Of a DNA stretch of 64,000 nt, positions 9,095 through 18,249 are shown in pieces. The stretch spans positions 2,820 through 66,819 of the forward strand of contig PJMG01000006.1 of NCBI GenBank assembly GCA_003173895.1, read 5' to 3'. This stretch comes from Candidatus Levyibacteriota bacterium. GTDB taxonomy: Bacteria; Patescibacteriota; Microgenomatia; Levybacterales; UBA12049. Both the position numbers and the translations under genes were made by a program. Position 1 is the first letter of the stretch. Each line of letters opens with the position of its first letter. The notes below the pieces were generated by a model, which saw only the letters and a program-made list of their open reading frames with translations, made no database searches and was not told the DNA's origin.

Positions 9095-9781
9095 ATGGTA
9101 GAAAATGCTGCCCAATCAGTTTATATTCAACCAGAAAAAAACACTACTAGTAAAATTAAAATTATTTTACTCATATCCTTCATACTTTTAATGTGCCTAT
9201 CAATTATTGCTATTTTGTTCTTTATCCACCCTAAGCAGAATACACTCAATACAATAACTAACCAATCACCAAATTCATCAAAAGATCCTACCCAGCAAAT
9301 AAACCTATCTATGCATCAATACCTCACTCAGTGGGTAAATGCACCATATATACCATCTGATACACAATCAAATCTAGTCAAAAATAATAACACCTACTCA
9401 CTTATGTGGCGACGAATAAGTGATATTATCTTAGGAAGACTTATTTTTACTCTTTATTCAAATAATACATTTGACGCTCAACTAAGTATACATTCTAGTA
9501 AGAAAATTGATGTGCTCAATGCTCAACTTGCAAATAGTATAAGTAATATTTACTTTAATCTCAAATCTCCTGTATCATGGAATTGTGGAGAAAATACAAC
9601 AATGGAATTATGTACAAGTTTACTAAAAGAGAATAATGTTCCTTATGAACTTACAGTATATAAATTGCAAGCATTGCAAAATGATGAATTAATTGTGTTA
9701 TGTTCTCTTTCCGAACAAAATCCATTATATGGAACAAAATATTTTTGTTTAGAGAATGATGAAAAACAAATACTTAAATAA
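9095..9781 (+). CDS. membrane-anchored hypothetical protein
   Basis: N-terminal TM segment (IKIILLISFILLMCLSIIAILFFI); the 3' end overlaps the next gene by 26 bp. Confidence 0.4.
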   Translation: MVENAAQSVYIQPEKNTTSKIKIILLISFILLMCLSIIAILFFIHPKQNTLNTITNQSPNSSKDPTQQINLSMHQYLTQWVNAPYIPSDTQSNLVKNNNTYSLMWRRISDIILGRLIFTLYSNNTFDAQLSIHSSKKIDVLNAQLANSISNIYFNLKSPVSWNCGENTTMELCTSLLKENNVPYELTVYKLQALQNDELIVLCSLSEQNPLYGTKYFCLENDEKQILK

Positions 9782-12290
9782 TAAATTGGTTTTTATATTA
9801 GGTGTATGCTTTCTGCTTATATGCATGTTTGTGGCTATACCAAAAAAAGCGCAGGCACAACCTGCATGTAATTATGGGTTAGGTGGAAGCTGTGAGGTCA
9901 CATGTCCGAATGGTACAGGTTCGGCAGGGATTCAAGATTGTCCTCAGATTGGCGGAGGAATCAGCGAACAATGTTGTGTTGCTTTTCAATATGATTGTGA
10001 TAGTGGTACAGGACCAGGGTATTGTAATAGTCCTAATCAACAGTGTATCCTTACAAATGGATATTTCTATTCTTGTCAAACAACTTGTAACGGTACTTGC
10101 TTTTCTGGAAATGGATGTCCAGGAGGATATTCTCAATCAGGTTCTTGTGCTCTACGCACAAGTCAAAATTCACCTTTAATACAACGCACTTGTTGTGTAG
10201 CTAATGGTGGTGGACCAACTCCCCCTCCTACTTGTAATGGGCAAACGGTTTGTGGAGGGTGGGTAAATCCAGGAGCTAATACTACTTGTGCTGGAAATAA
10301 TTCTCATAGAAATTGTACTACCACTTTTACTAACTGTACTCAAAGTAGCTTTACTCAATATCGTACAGTTAATAGCTGTACAGCAGGACATACTTGTTAT
10401 ACCGATGGTACTTGTCATTTAACTAATTGCACTACTGGTGAAGTAAATTGTGGTGCTTGTGGAGGAGGTACTCAACCTGCCAATACATGTAATAATACTA
10501 ATTCTAATCCTGGAGGTAGAACCTGTCATCATAACGGTCCTGCAGGCTGTCTGAATCAAGTAACTTTTCGAGCTACTGACTGTTCATATTCATATAATAC
10601 CTGTAATAACACATATACATGTCCTGCTGGAAGTACAGGTCATACAAACTGTACTACTACTTTAACAGTACGTTTATTTATAGATTATAACCATAACGGA
10701 GTTAAAGATGGTGAAGATCCTTACTACACTGCTGCAAATGTATCAGTTAGATTGGCGTGGAATGGAGGTAGTAATACCTCAGCCTTTGATAATACAGGAA
10801 CTCATACTTTTACAGTCCAGTCCAATAATTACACACTTTCACTAGTAGGAGTCCCAGGAAATTATAGAATTATCAGTAGGAATCCATATCCTATTGGCAT
10901 GGGCCCTGCTGCGACTGTAAATCTGGCTATTACTCCACTATATTCTATTTCAGGAACTGTTTATGATGATACTAATAAAAATAAAATATTTGATCCTAAT
11001 TGTGGAAATCCTAACCCTTCTCTTTGTGATCATGGAGTAAATCAAGGAGGAGTTACTATGGTTTTTAAAGATGATGGATCTAAAACTACGGCTGCTATAA
11101 ATGGAGATGGTACATTTAATTCTGGTACTACACTCGAATCAGGAACTTATACTGTGAATTATACTTTGCCTAATGGTAATGAATGGGAAATGTCTTATCC
11201 TATACCTGCTACATTAATCATAGATGTAGGTAAACCAGGAACTTCTCGCCCCTGTAATGATGGAACCTATAATGATGTAGCTTGTGATGGAACTGGTAAC
11301 ATAACAGGTGCTGACTTTGGTATTACGAATGAATATCCTTCTCATGTAGGAATCTGTACTGATCAGAGAGATGATAATGGTTTTACCGATCCCTTACCTC
11401 AACCTCCTGGTTCTACGGCTGCCTGTGGAAACTATTCTCTAAATGGTACCTCTTATCCACTGGTAATGAGTTATGCAGATATTTGTCCCACTAATGCTGG
11501 TACAGGTATAATTTTTTCAGGCAATCAGGATCCATTTTTTGGTCAAGGAGCAGCCTCTAAAACAAATTGGAGTGTGGGAAATACTACTTATCCTGAAAAT
11601 TATACACCCGCTCAACCTGGAGTGATAACTACATCTTATGATTATTTAGTGGGATTAGCACAATCTTCAGGAATAGATTTTACTAACCCTAGTAATGAGC
11701 TTATAACTTATTGTGATTTAAATAACTGTACTTTACCCTCGAACTTACCAAATGGTGTTTATTTCGCTGATGGAGATGTTAATTTAAATGCATATACTTT
11801 TCCAAGTAATAAAGAATATGTAATTTTAGTGAATGGAAATTTAACTATAAATGGAAATATCTTACTTCCTACAGGATCAGATGCTATTTTTGCAGTTAGC
11901 GGAAATATTATTATTCCACCGACTGTGGGAGAAACTGATCCTACATCATCTGACGCTGATATCGAAGGACTCTACTCTGCTGGGGGATCAGTTCTGATAG
12001 AATCTGCTGCTACTCCCATTCAACCATGTAACAATGACGCTAGTGCTATCGATAAAAGATTAAATATTTATGGTAGTATGAATGCTAATACTAAACAAGT
12101 AGGCGGATCTGTCCAGAATCAGAGAGATCTTTGTGTCTCTGATGTCATTTGTCCTACTTATATGGTTAGTATCGGTGATGGAAATCCTGATGGAAATAGA
12201 GTCGGCGCAGGCACTGGTGTTTCATATATTCTTAATGCTCCCCAATTCATCATGCATAAGAATTATTTCTACCAGGAAGTAAACCCATAA
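9756..12290 (+). CDS. large secreted Cys-, Gly-, Thr- and Asn-rich surface protein
   Basis: Signal peptide ending AQAQ. The N-terminal ~300 aa are extremely Cys-rich (CxxC, CC pairs); the C-terminal half looks like a beta-rich domain. 844 aa. Confidence 0.5.
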   Translation: MMKNKYLNNKLVFILGVCFLLICMFVAIPKKAQAQPACNYGLGGSCEVTCPNGTGSAGIQDCPQIGGGISEQCCVAFQYDCDSGTGPGYCNSPNQQCILTNGYFYSCQTTCNGTCFSGNGCPGGYSQSGSCALRTSQNSPLIQRTCCVANGGGPTPPPTCNGQTVCGGWVNPGANTTCAGNNSHRNCTTTFTNCTQSSFTQYRTVNSCTAGHTCYTDGTCHLTNCTTGEVNCGACGGGTQPANTCNNTNSNPGGRTCHHNGPAGCLNQVTFRATDCSYSYNTCNNTYTCPAGSTGHTNCTTTLTVRLFIDYNHNGVKDGEDPYYTAANVSVRLAWNGGSNTSAFDNTGTHTFTVQSNNYTLSLVGVPGNYRIISRNPYPIGMGPAATVNLAITPLYSISGTVYDDTNKNKIFDPNCGNPNPSLCDHGVNQGGVTMVFKDDGSKTTAAINGDGTFNSGTTLESGTYTVNYTLPNGNEWEMSYPIPATLIIDVGKPGTSRPCNDGTYNDVACDGTGNITGADFGITNEYPSHVGICTDQRDDNGFTDPLPQPPGSTAACGNYSLNGTSYPLVMSYADICPTNAGTGIIFSGNQDPFFGQGAASKTNWSVGNTTYPENYTPAQPGVITTSYDYLVGLAQSSGIDFTNPSNELITYCDLNNCTLPSNLPNGVYFADGDVNLNAYTFPSNKEYVILVNGNLTINGNILLPTGSDAIFAVSGNIIIPPTVGETDPTSSDADIEGLYSAGGSVLIESAATPIQPCNNDASAIDKRLNIYGSMNANTKQVGGSVQNQRDLCVSDVICPTYMVSIGDGNPDGNRVGAGTGVSYILNAPQFIMHKNYFYQEVNP

Positions 12291-12303
12291 AAAAATTAAT
12301 CTC

Positions 12304-12414
12304 TGTCATCCTGAGTGACCCGCTTCGCCGAAGCGATAGCGAGGCGAGAACGAAAAATCTTTATCTTGGAAAGACTTAAGTATATAGATCCTTCGCTGAG
12401 GCTCAGGATGACAT
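12304..12414. repeat. MITE-like element family 1, full ~111-bp copy with TGTCATCCTGAG / CTCAGGATGACA terminal inverted repeats
   Basis: tgtcatcctgagtgacccgcttcgccgaagcgatagcgaggcgaga...gatccttcgctgaggctcaggatgaca. GC-rich, intergenic between convergent genes. Confidence 0.7.
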
Positions 12415-12419
12415 ATTAT

Positions 12420-12971
12420 TTATTTTTTCATTAAAGTGAAGTTGAGGTTAGAGGGGATTTCGTTTTTATTAGAATCTAACATTTTTAATTCTGTATTATT
12501 TACTTTTAAATAATATTCCGTCTGATTAGAGTTATTCGGATTTAGTTGATAAATCAAAGCATTAGGATTATTTTTCATTCCATTTGTATAAGTCCAATTC
12601 CCCACTTCATCAAAAGGTTTTACATTTCTACCTAAATAAACTAATTCCAAGCTATAAGTCGTGGGTTTTAAGGTATTAGGATTTTGATAAAGAGTTAACG
12701 TAGTTTGAATTCCTTCACAGTCAGCGCAAGGGAATTTACCAGTATAAATTCCTACTATATTCGAATTAGCATTTTTAGTAGGAGCAAAAATAGTTTTATG
12801 TGCTAAGAGGAAGATTAAAAATCCAAAAATAATAACTAGAACCACGATTAAAATCTTAAAATTCTTATTTAATTCTCTTTTTAGAAAATTATTATTATTT
12901 TGTTTAGAAATCACTTTCTTTTTAGCAGAAGAATTTTTAATATTTTTATTTTTTTTAATTTCCTTTTTCAT
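12420..12971 (-). CDS. NlpE N-terminal-domain-like (copper-resistance lipoprotein-like) membrane-anchored protein
   Basis: Lys-rich N-terminus, one TM segment, then FPCADCEGIQTTLTLYQN, which matches the CxxC core of the NlpE N-terminal domain. Confidence 0.45.
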   Translation of the reverse strand: MKKEIKKNKNIKNSSAKKKVISKQNNNNFLKRELNKNFKILIVVLVIIFGFLIFLLAHKTIFAPTKNANSNIVGIYTGKFPCADCEGIQTTLTLYQNPNTLKPTTYSLELVYLGRNVKPFDEVGNWTYTNGMKNNPNALIYQLNPNNSNQTEYYLKVNNTELKMLDSNKNEIPSNLNFTLMKK

Positions 12972-12987
12972 TTGAACTTTTGCCTGT

Positions 12988-13019
12988 CCGCCTTAGCTTT
13001 AGCGATGGCGGAATTTTTT
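12988..13019 (+). terminator. GC hairpin plus T-tract (terminator-like; possibly a degenerate family-1 fragment)
   Basis: CCGCC ttagctttagcgat GGCGG aattttttc; it resembles the internal agcgatagcgaggcg segment of the 12304 copy. Confidence 0.3.
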
Positions 13020-13083
13020 CATTTTAATCTCTATATTTATCAAAGTATATTTTTACATAATTTGCAATAGATAATTAGGAAAT

Positions 13084-13112
13084 GAGATTCTTCGTTTCAC
13101 TTAGAATGACAA
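13084..13112. repeat. family-1 repeat unit (GATTCTTCG...TTAGAATGACAA)
   Basis: gagattcttcgtttcacttagaatgacaa, similar to the units at 33590 and 42051. Confidence 0.45.
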
Positions 13113-13175
13113 AAGATAAAGCAAGTAGGAATGTACTTTTAAGTAGCAAAATACATGCTACGAGCTGAGTATAAA

Positions 13176-13202
13176 GATCCTTTCGCTGAAGCTCAGGATG
13201 AC
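13176..13202. repeat. family-1 repeat unit (GATCCTTTCGCTGAAGCTCAGGATGAC)
   Basis: A near copy of the right arm of the 12304 element. Confidence 0.55.
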
Positions 13203-13227
13203 GAAAATAGTTTATAATGACAAGAAT

Positions 13228-14724
13228 TTATTGGCAGGCGAATTGGACGGGTGGAGATAAGGGAGAAAAATTAGCAGAATTAGCTGAGGTAGAATAAGAA
13301 TATTGCGCATAATAAGTAGCACCAGTGGTAACGATATAGCCAGTAGTTAGAGATTGAGACTGAGTAGGATTAGCAGGATTAAGTGTAGTATTTAAAACCT
13401 GATTTCCTTGACTCGCGTATGTCATCACTAAATTATAGCTTTGAGCGTTTTGTAAATTAGACTGCGTATTATAATTTATAGTCACTTGCCAATTACCATT
13501 TTGCTGACCATTACAGGAAACATTAATAGTCGATCCACTAGGCGCTGATAACTGCTGCTGCGCATTAATAGTAAGTAAATTATTAGCAGATGGCGCTGTG
13601 AGAGTAAGAATATTTGATTGAGAGTAAGGCTGACCATTAGACCATAAATAAGCTTGAACATCATAAGACTGACCTGAATTAGCATTATTCCAAACCCAAC
13701 TTACCCCATCAGTGGCTGAAATATTTCCATTTATTTGATTAAAAGTACCTGTCCCTGTAGGACGAGTCGCTAACGTTATATAAGAATTAGGAGGAATGCT
13801 ACCATTTATATTTATAGTTCCTGAAATACCTGTAATAGCTGGTGCAGGTGGATTAGCTGTGGAACTAATAGCCAAATTAATATTGGATGAAGGCGCTGTT
13901 AAAGTTTGTAAACTACTACTGCTAATCAAAGATCCAGTACTACTTATTAAATTAGCTTGTATTTGATAAGTTTGACCTGAAATAGCACTACTCCACGACC
14001 AATTCACGCCATCTGTAGCAGACAGATTAGTCACTGCATTAATTAAGTTATTCGAATTATTTTGCTCAACCACTATATTAATATAGCTACCTGCAGGGAT
14101 ATAACCATCTAAATGAACATTTCCATTGATGGATGTGTTAGTAGTTTGAGGTGATTTTTGTTCTGAAACCAATGGTAAAACTATAGTATCAGCTGGTGCA
14201 GAGACAGAATTTATAGATGACTGTTCTATTACTTTTCCGCTTACCTTAATAGTGGCTTTAATATCATAGTTAGTACCACTATCAGCATCACTCCAATCCC
14301 AAGGAATATTACCACTTTGCGGCACTAATCCACTCACCACATCACTAAATTCAGCTTTACCACTAGGTCTAGCAGCTATAGCTAAGTACGAACCTGCTGG
14401 TGCATAACCTTCGAAATTTATTACACCAGAAATACTAGCAGGTGGCGCAGGTGTAGGTGTGATTATTTGTGTTTGATTTTTAGTAAAATATGTAAGACCA
14501 TTTTTACTATTAAAAAATATTAACCATACAATTGCGACTATTAAAATTATACTCACTACTCCTAAGAGTATAAGTAGTGGATTTAAAAACTTATTTTCCT
14601 TCTCTTCTTCTGTTTCAGTTGATGTGGAAGGTGGAGTTACTGGTGGAGGTGGTGTTTGTACAGGCTCCGTTGATATAATTGGAGCCGAATTATTTAAATT
14701 ATTATTTCCATCAGAGGGTTGCAT
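13228..14724 (-). CDS. membrane-anchored surface protein with three tandem ~90-aa repeats
   Basis: Pro/Thr-rich N-terminus, one TM segment, then three tandem repeats of the pattern I(S/N)G.I...GY.PAGSY......SG.....W.W..A.SG..Y.....L. Confidence 0.5.
   Translation of the reverse strand: MQPSDGNNNLNNSAPIISTEPVQTPPPPVTPPSTSTETEEEKENKFLNPLLILLGVVSIILIVAIVWLIFFNSKNGLTYFTKNQTQIITPTPAPPASISGVINFEGYAPAGSYLAIAARPSGKAEFSDVVSGLVPQSGNIPWDWSDADSGTNYDIKATIKVSGKVIEQSSINSVSAPADTIVLPLVSEQKSPQTTNTSINGNVHLDGYIPAGSYINIVVEQNNSNNLINAVTNLSATDGVNWSWSSAISGQTYQIQANLISSTGSLISSSSLQTLTAPSSNINLAISSTANPPAPAITGISGTININGSIPPNSYITLATRPTGTGTFNQINGNISATDGVSWVWNNANSGQSYDVQAYLWSNGQPYSQSNILTLTAPSANNLLTINAQQQLSAPSGSTINVSCNGQQNGNWQVTINYNTQSNLQNAQSYNLVMTYASQGNQVLNTTLNPANPTQSQSLTTGYIVTTGATYYAQYSYSTSANSANFSPLSPPVQFACQ
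13600..14445. repeat. three tandem ~270-bp coding repeats (diverged at the DNA level) inside the 13228-14724 gene
   Basis: The protein-level periodicity (ISGVINFEGYAPAGSY... / INGNVHLDGYIPAGSY... / ISGTININGSIPPNSY...) is visible by eye. I placed the DNA coordinates by mapping protein residues ~95-375 back onto the minus-strand gene (codon n starts at 14724 - 3(n-1)). Confidence 0.45.
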
Positions 14725-14776
14725 TATTTAATAATGGCTGATTAACAACTGAAGTGTCAAGAGTTAAGAAAATTAC

Positions 14777-14974
14777 TTAAAGTACGTTTATTCTTTTATT
14801 AATTTTATGAGAATGAGATACTGTAGGTTTTATTAATTCTCTTCTTTTACATTCTTCATCATGTTCTAAAAGTAAATCACTCTTTTTAAGAAGTGAACTT
14901 GCGAAGCGTTCAGGTTTACCTGAAAAAACTCTTAGTTGTTTTCCACATTTTTGACAAATAAGTAAAGCTTGCAT
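14777..14974 (-). CDS. small CxxC-containing hypothetical protein
   Basis: 65 aa with ICQKCGKQ and EECKRR; weak support. Confidence 0.25.
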   Translation of the reverse strand: MQALLICQKCGKQLRVFSGKPERFASSLLKKSDLLLEHDEECKRRELIKPTVSHSHKINKRINVL

Positions 14975-15140
14975 AAAAGTATAAATAAAATATATCTTAA
15001 TAAGTATTCTATGTCAATAGATTGTCGCCAAAAAAATGACATCATTCAATGTGTGTGTGTTTTTATCTAGACAATAATTCTTTTAACAGTGAGTTATAAC
15101 ATGTACAAACATTTTTAATATAGTTATAATACCCTTATTC

Positions 15141-15926
15141 ATGAGTAAAATTATTGATTATCTAGCCAAACTCGAACTCTCAGATATGGAAGCCCGCTCT
15201 TATTTGAAACTCCTGGAAACTGGTCCTATAACTGTCAGTGAGTTTGCTCGCTTAATGAATATTAGACGAACTACAGCTTATCTTTATACAGATCCATTAG
15301 TAAGTAAGGGTTTAGTCATAAAAATAGTTAAAGGTAGTAAAAAACTTATCGCTCCTACACCTCCTGAAAACATAGAAGGGTTAATTGAACAGAAATTAAA
15401 TACAGCTCAATCTCTAAAAGAGACATTTCCCAAAATATTAGAAGAAATTAAGAATGAATATCAAATATTCCAAGATAATACTAATGTAGAAATTAAATTT
15501 TATAAGGGGATATATCATGCTAGAAATATTTATTTAGAAGCATTAAAAGCAGATGAATTTCGATCATACATGAAAATTGATAAAAGAGAACCTTTATTCC
15601 CTAGTAATGCTAGTGTGTTTAGTGAGGCTTTTAAAGAGAATAATAAACTTAAAATATGGGAGATTATTTATGATCCTGAATCTTCAGCAGTACCGTCTAA
15701 AGAATCTAGATCTCATATAGGTAGATATTTTTATAAATATATGCCAAAAGGTAAAAAATTAAGTTCTGAAGATATTCTTATTTATGATGGAAAAGTCGCT
15801 GTTATTAATTTTAGAGGAGGTAAAACTAGTATAGTTCTACAAAGTAAGGATTTATATAATAATTTTAAAGAAATATTTGAACTTTTATGGGATGTGCTTC
15901 CAGAACCTCCTAATCCAGATCTATAA
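15141..15926 (+). CDS. TrmB-family transcriptional regulator
   Basis: N-terminal wHTH LSDMEARSYLKLLETGPITVSEFARLMNIRRTTAYLYTDPLVSKGLV, typical of TrmB; a C-terminal effector-domain-sized region follows. Confidence 0.6.
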   Translation: MSKIIDYLAKLELSDMEARSYLKLLETGPITVSEFARLMNIRRTTAYLYTDPLVSKGLVIKIVKGSKKLIAPTPPENIEGLIEQKLNTAQSLKETFPKILEEIKNEYQIFQDNTNVEIKFYKGIYHARNIYLEALKADEFRSYMKIDKREPLFPSNASVFSEAFKENNKLKIWEIIYDPESSAVPSKESRSHIGRYFYKYMPKGKKLSSEDILIYDGKVAVINFRGGKTSIVLQSKDLYNNFKEIFELLWDVLPEPPNPDL

Positions 15927-15940
15927 TATAATTTATTCAT

Positions 15941-16714
15941 CTACAAGAGAGGTTTTTGAGAATAGACTAAAGAATAAGTAGTAAAACCGTTACTCTTTCT
16001 TTTGGGATATATTTTAAGAAAGGATTTTACTAATGCGCTTTTTAATTCTTCTTTTTGTTCTTTATTTATATGTGCACTTCTACTAACGTTTAAGACATAA
16101 TTAGCAATAATATCTAAAGGCGCACTTGTCTTTATGGAAATTTCTTTTTTTTGTGGAGATTTTAAATTTGTTTTAGCACTTTTTAAATCTTCTAAGAATT
16201 GTGGGCAAGTCCATAATCCCCACTCTCCTCTATCTATACCATATTTATCAAAAGTTTCTTTAATGACATCTTTTAGAGGGATATCCCATTCATACATTCT
16301 CCAACCAATACATAATACCCCACCGGGTTTGAGAGCTTTAGCACAACGTTTAATAATTTCTTGGGGATTGGAGAATAAATGAAATGATTCAAATGCAATG
16401 ATAAGGTTATATTTATTAACTCCAAAATCAAAATCATCTACAGATTTATGATGCCAAATTACTTGTTTACTTTCATCTTTGGCTTTAGCCATTTCAATCA
16501 TTTTTTTCGATATATCAATTCCCTCAATAGAATGAGTAAATTTAGTTAAGGCTAGAGGTAAATCTCCGGAACCACACCCAAGATCAATAATGGTATCATT
16601 TGATTTAATATTAAAGGTTTTACCTATGAGATTTATATACTTTTCAGGCAATAAAGGAGTAAACGTGTAATATTCTTCAGCAATTGTATCAAACATTTGT
16701 ACTTTCTCTTGCAT
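15941..16714 (-). CDS. class I SAM-dependent methyltransferase
   Basis: Motif I IIDLGCGSGDLPLAL, post-I acidic IEGIDIS, motif LKPGGVLCI. Confidence 0.75.
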   Translation of the reverse strand: MQEKVQMFDTIAEEYYTFTPLLPEKYINLIGKTFNIKSNDTIIDLGCGSGDLPLALTKFTHSIEGIDISKKMIEMAKAKDESKQVIWHHKSVDDFDFGVNKYNLIIAFESFHLFSNPQEIIKRCAKALKPGGVLCIGWRMYEWDIPLKDVIKETFDKYGIDRGEWGLWTCPQFLEDLKSAKTNLKSPQKKEISIKTSAPLDIIANYVLNVSRSAHINKEQKEELKSALVKSFLKIYPKRKSNGFTTYSLVYSQKPLL

Positions 16715-16912
16715 ATATAAAATTATAACTATTTATTTAATAGGATAATATCTGTTACCTATATAAAAATTATTTAAGTTGTTTTTATAGAAACAATAAA
16801 TAGAAATAAATTTTACTATTTGTAAAATAAAAAGTCTACATTTAAGAATTTTATAATCCTCATTTGACAACTTTTAAGTTTTCTATCATAGTGATTTTAG
16901 GGGGTGATTTAA

Positions 16913-17125
16913 TTGATAAAATTATTTTTGAAACTGCGAAAAAAAGTAATTAGTTATTTAAAATTACATGCAGAATTTAATGCTTTCATTCATGCATTGG
17001 GTGGAATTGGAGTTGGAATTTTAATAGCCTCTCCCCTAGCTAATCCACATCCTGTTAGATGGGCATTGGTTTTCTTAGGAATTAGTTTAGCCGGACATTT
17101 ATACGCTTTAGGCGCTAAAAAGTAA
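16913..17125 (+). CDS. small membrane protein (TTG start with strong SD)
   Basis: AGGGGGTGA SD 7 nt before TTG. TM segment GGIGVGILIASPLA. The stop overlaps the next ATG (TAATG). Confidence 0.4.
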   Translation: MIKLFLKLRKKVISYLKLHAEFNAFIHALGGIGVGILIASPLANPHPVRWALVFLGISLAGHLYALGAKK

Positions 17126-17934
17126 TGAAAAAAATAATTTTAATAATTATTAGTATTTTACTACTAGTAGGAATTTATTTTGTAATATTTAATCAATTTA
17201 TTTTTAAAAATCAAACTGGGAATAATGTTTTATCACCTACCCAACTAACTTCTTTACAGAACATAAACTGGAGTAAAGCGCAAGAAACGTCTCAACAAAC
17301 ATTTTATGGATTAATTTCAGGTAGACTTTATACTTTTAGTATATCTTCAAATGAAGCACAAATACAAACATTCGAAAATAAAGCAGAATTATCTAAATTA
17401 GGTTTTATTTTAGATTCTAATTTAGCAGCCAGCGGACCAGGTTCTAATATATGGGGTTATAAAAAAGTAACAAATGGGAAAACGCAAATTATTCTTTTTT
17501 CCTATCGAACTAGACCTAGTTCTAATAAACCCGATGAGCCATTACAGTTTAACTGTCCATGCGCTGTAGATTTAAATATTTTTATTAGTGATTCTTTTTC
17601 TATGACTACTTCTTTAACTCCAACTTCTTCAACATTACCAAATCCTGCATCTGAAAATTGTATTCAAAAAGGTGGAACTTTAAGAATTTTAAAGCGTGGT
17701 GATGGTGGCGAATATGGCTTATGTGATTTTGGAGATAATATGGCATGTGAAGAATGGGCTTTGCTTCGTGGACAATGTCCAGTAGGAGGTTTAAAAACTA
17801 CTGGCTATGATAATATTCAACAAATGTACTGTGCGTGGTTAGGTGGAAAAACACTAGCAGTACCTAATGCTAAATGTACTCTACCTTCTGGAAAAACCTG
17901 TAGTGTGGATGATGTTTATAATGGCAAATGTTAG
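17125..17934 (+). CDS. membrane-anchored protein with a C-terminal DUF333 (putative hemolysin)-like Cys-rich domain
   Basis: N-terminal TM segment. The C-terminus PASENCIQKGGTLRIL...GLCDFGDNMACEEWALLRGQC resembles the DUF333 pattern. Confidence 0.35.
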   Translation: MKKIILIIISILLLVGIYFVIFNQFIFKNQTGNNVLSPTQLTSLQNINWSKAQETSQQTFYGLISGRLYTFSISSNEAQIQTFENKAELSKLGFILDSNLAASGPGSNIWGYKKVTNGKTQIILFSYRTRPSSNKPDEPLQFNCPCAVDLNIFISDSFSMTTSLTPTSSTLPNPASENCIQKGGTLRILKRGDGGEYGLCDFGDNMACEEWALLRGQCPVGGLKTTGYDNIQQMYCAWLGGKTLAVPNAKCTLPSGKTCSVDDVYNGKC

Positions 17935-18194
17935 AGGTAAATTTCATCTATATAACACCAAGTAAATTCTTCTCCAGGTGAAACTGATTTCATAATAGGA
18001 TGATTAGTCGCTTTAAAATGTTTGGTAGCGTGTTTATTTTTAGATTGATCACAGCAACCCACATGACCACAGGTTAAACATTGTCTTAAATTTACCCAAG
18101 TATCACCAGTTTTTATACACTCTTCACAAAGAGTAGTATCATGGGGTGGAAAATCTTTAATTTGATCTTTATGAGTACAAACTTTATCCGCCAT
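17931..18194 (-). CDS. UBP-type zinc finger (zf-UBP) domain protein
   Basis: C..H.....C..C......W..L..CL.CGHVGCC......H...H......H......W.CY matches the Znf-UBP ligand pattern. Confidence 0.7.
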   Translation of the reverse strand: MADKVCTHKDQIKDFPPHDTTLCEECIKTGDTWVNLRQCLTCGHVGCCDQSKNKHATKHFKATNHPIMKSVSPGEEFTWCYIDEIYL

Positions 18195-18249
18195 AAATTT
18201 AATGTAATCCTAAATTATAGAAATTGCAATTATTAAAGTATAAGATATT

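Noticed and set aside
15050-15060. (TG)5 dinucleotide repeat in the divergent promoter region, a possible phase-variation switch
   Set aside because: Five units is too short for appreciable slipped-strand mispairing, and it is probably chance.
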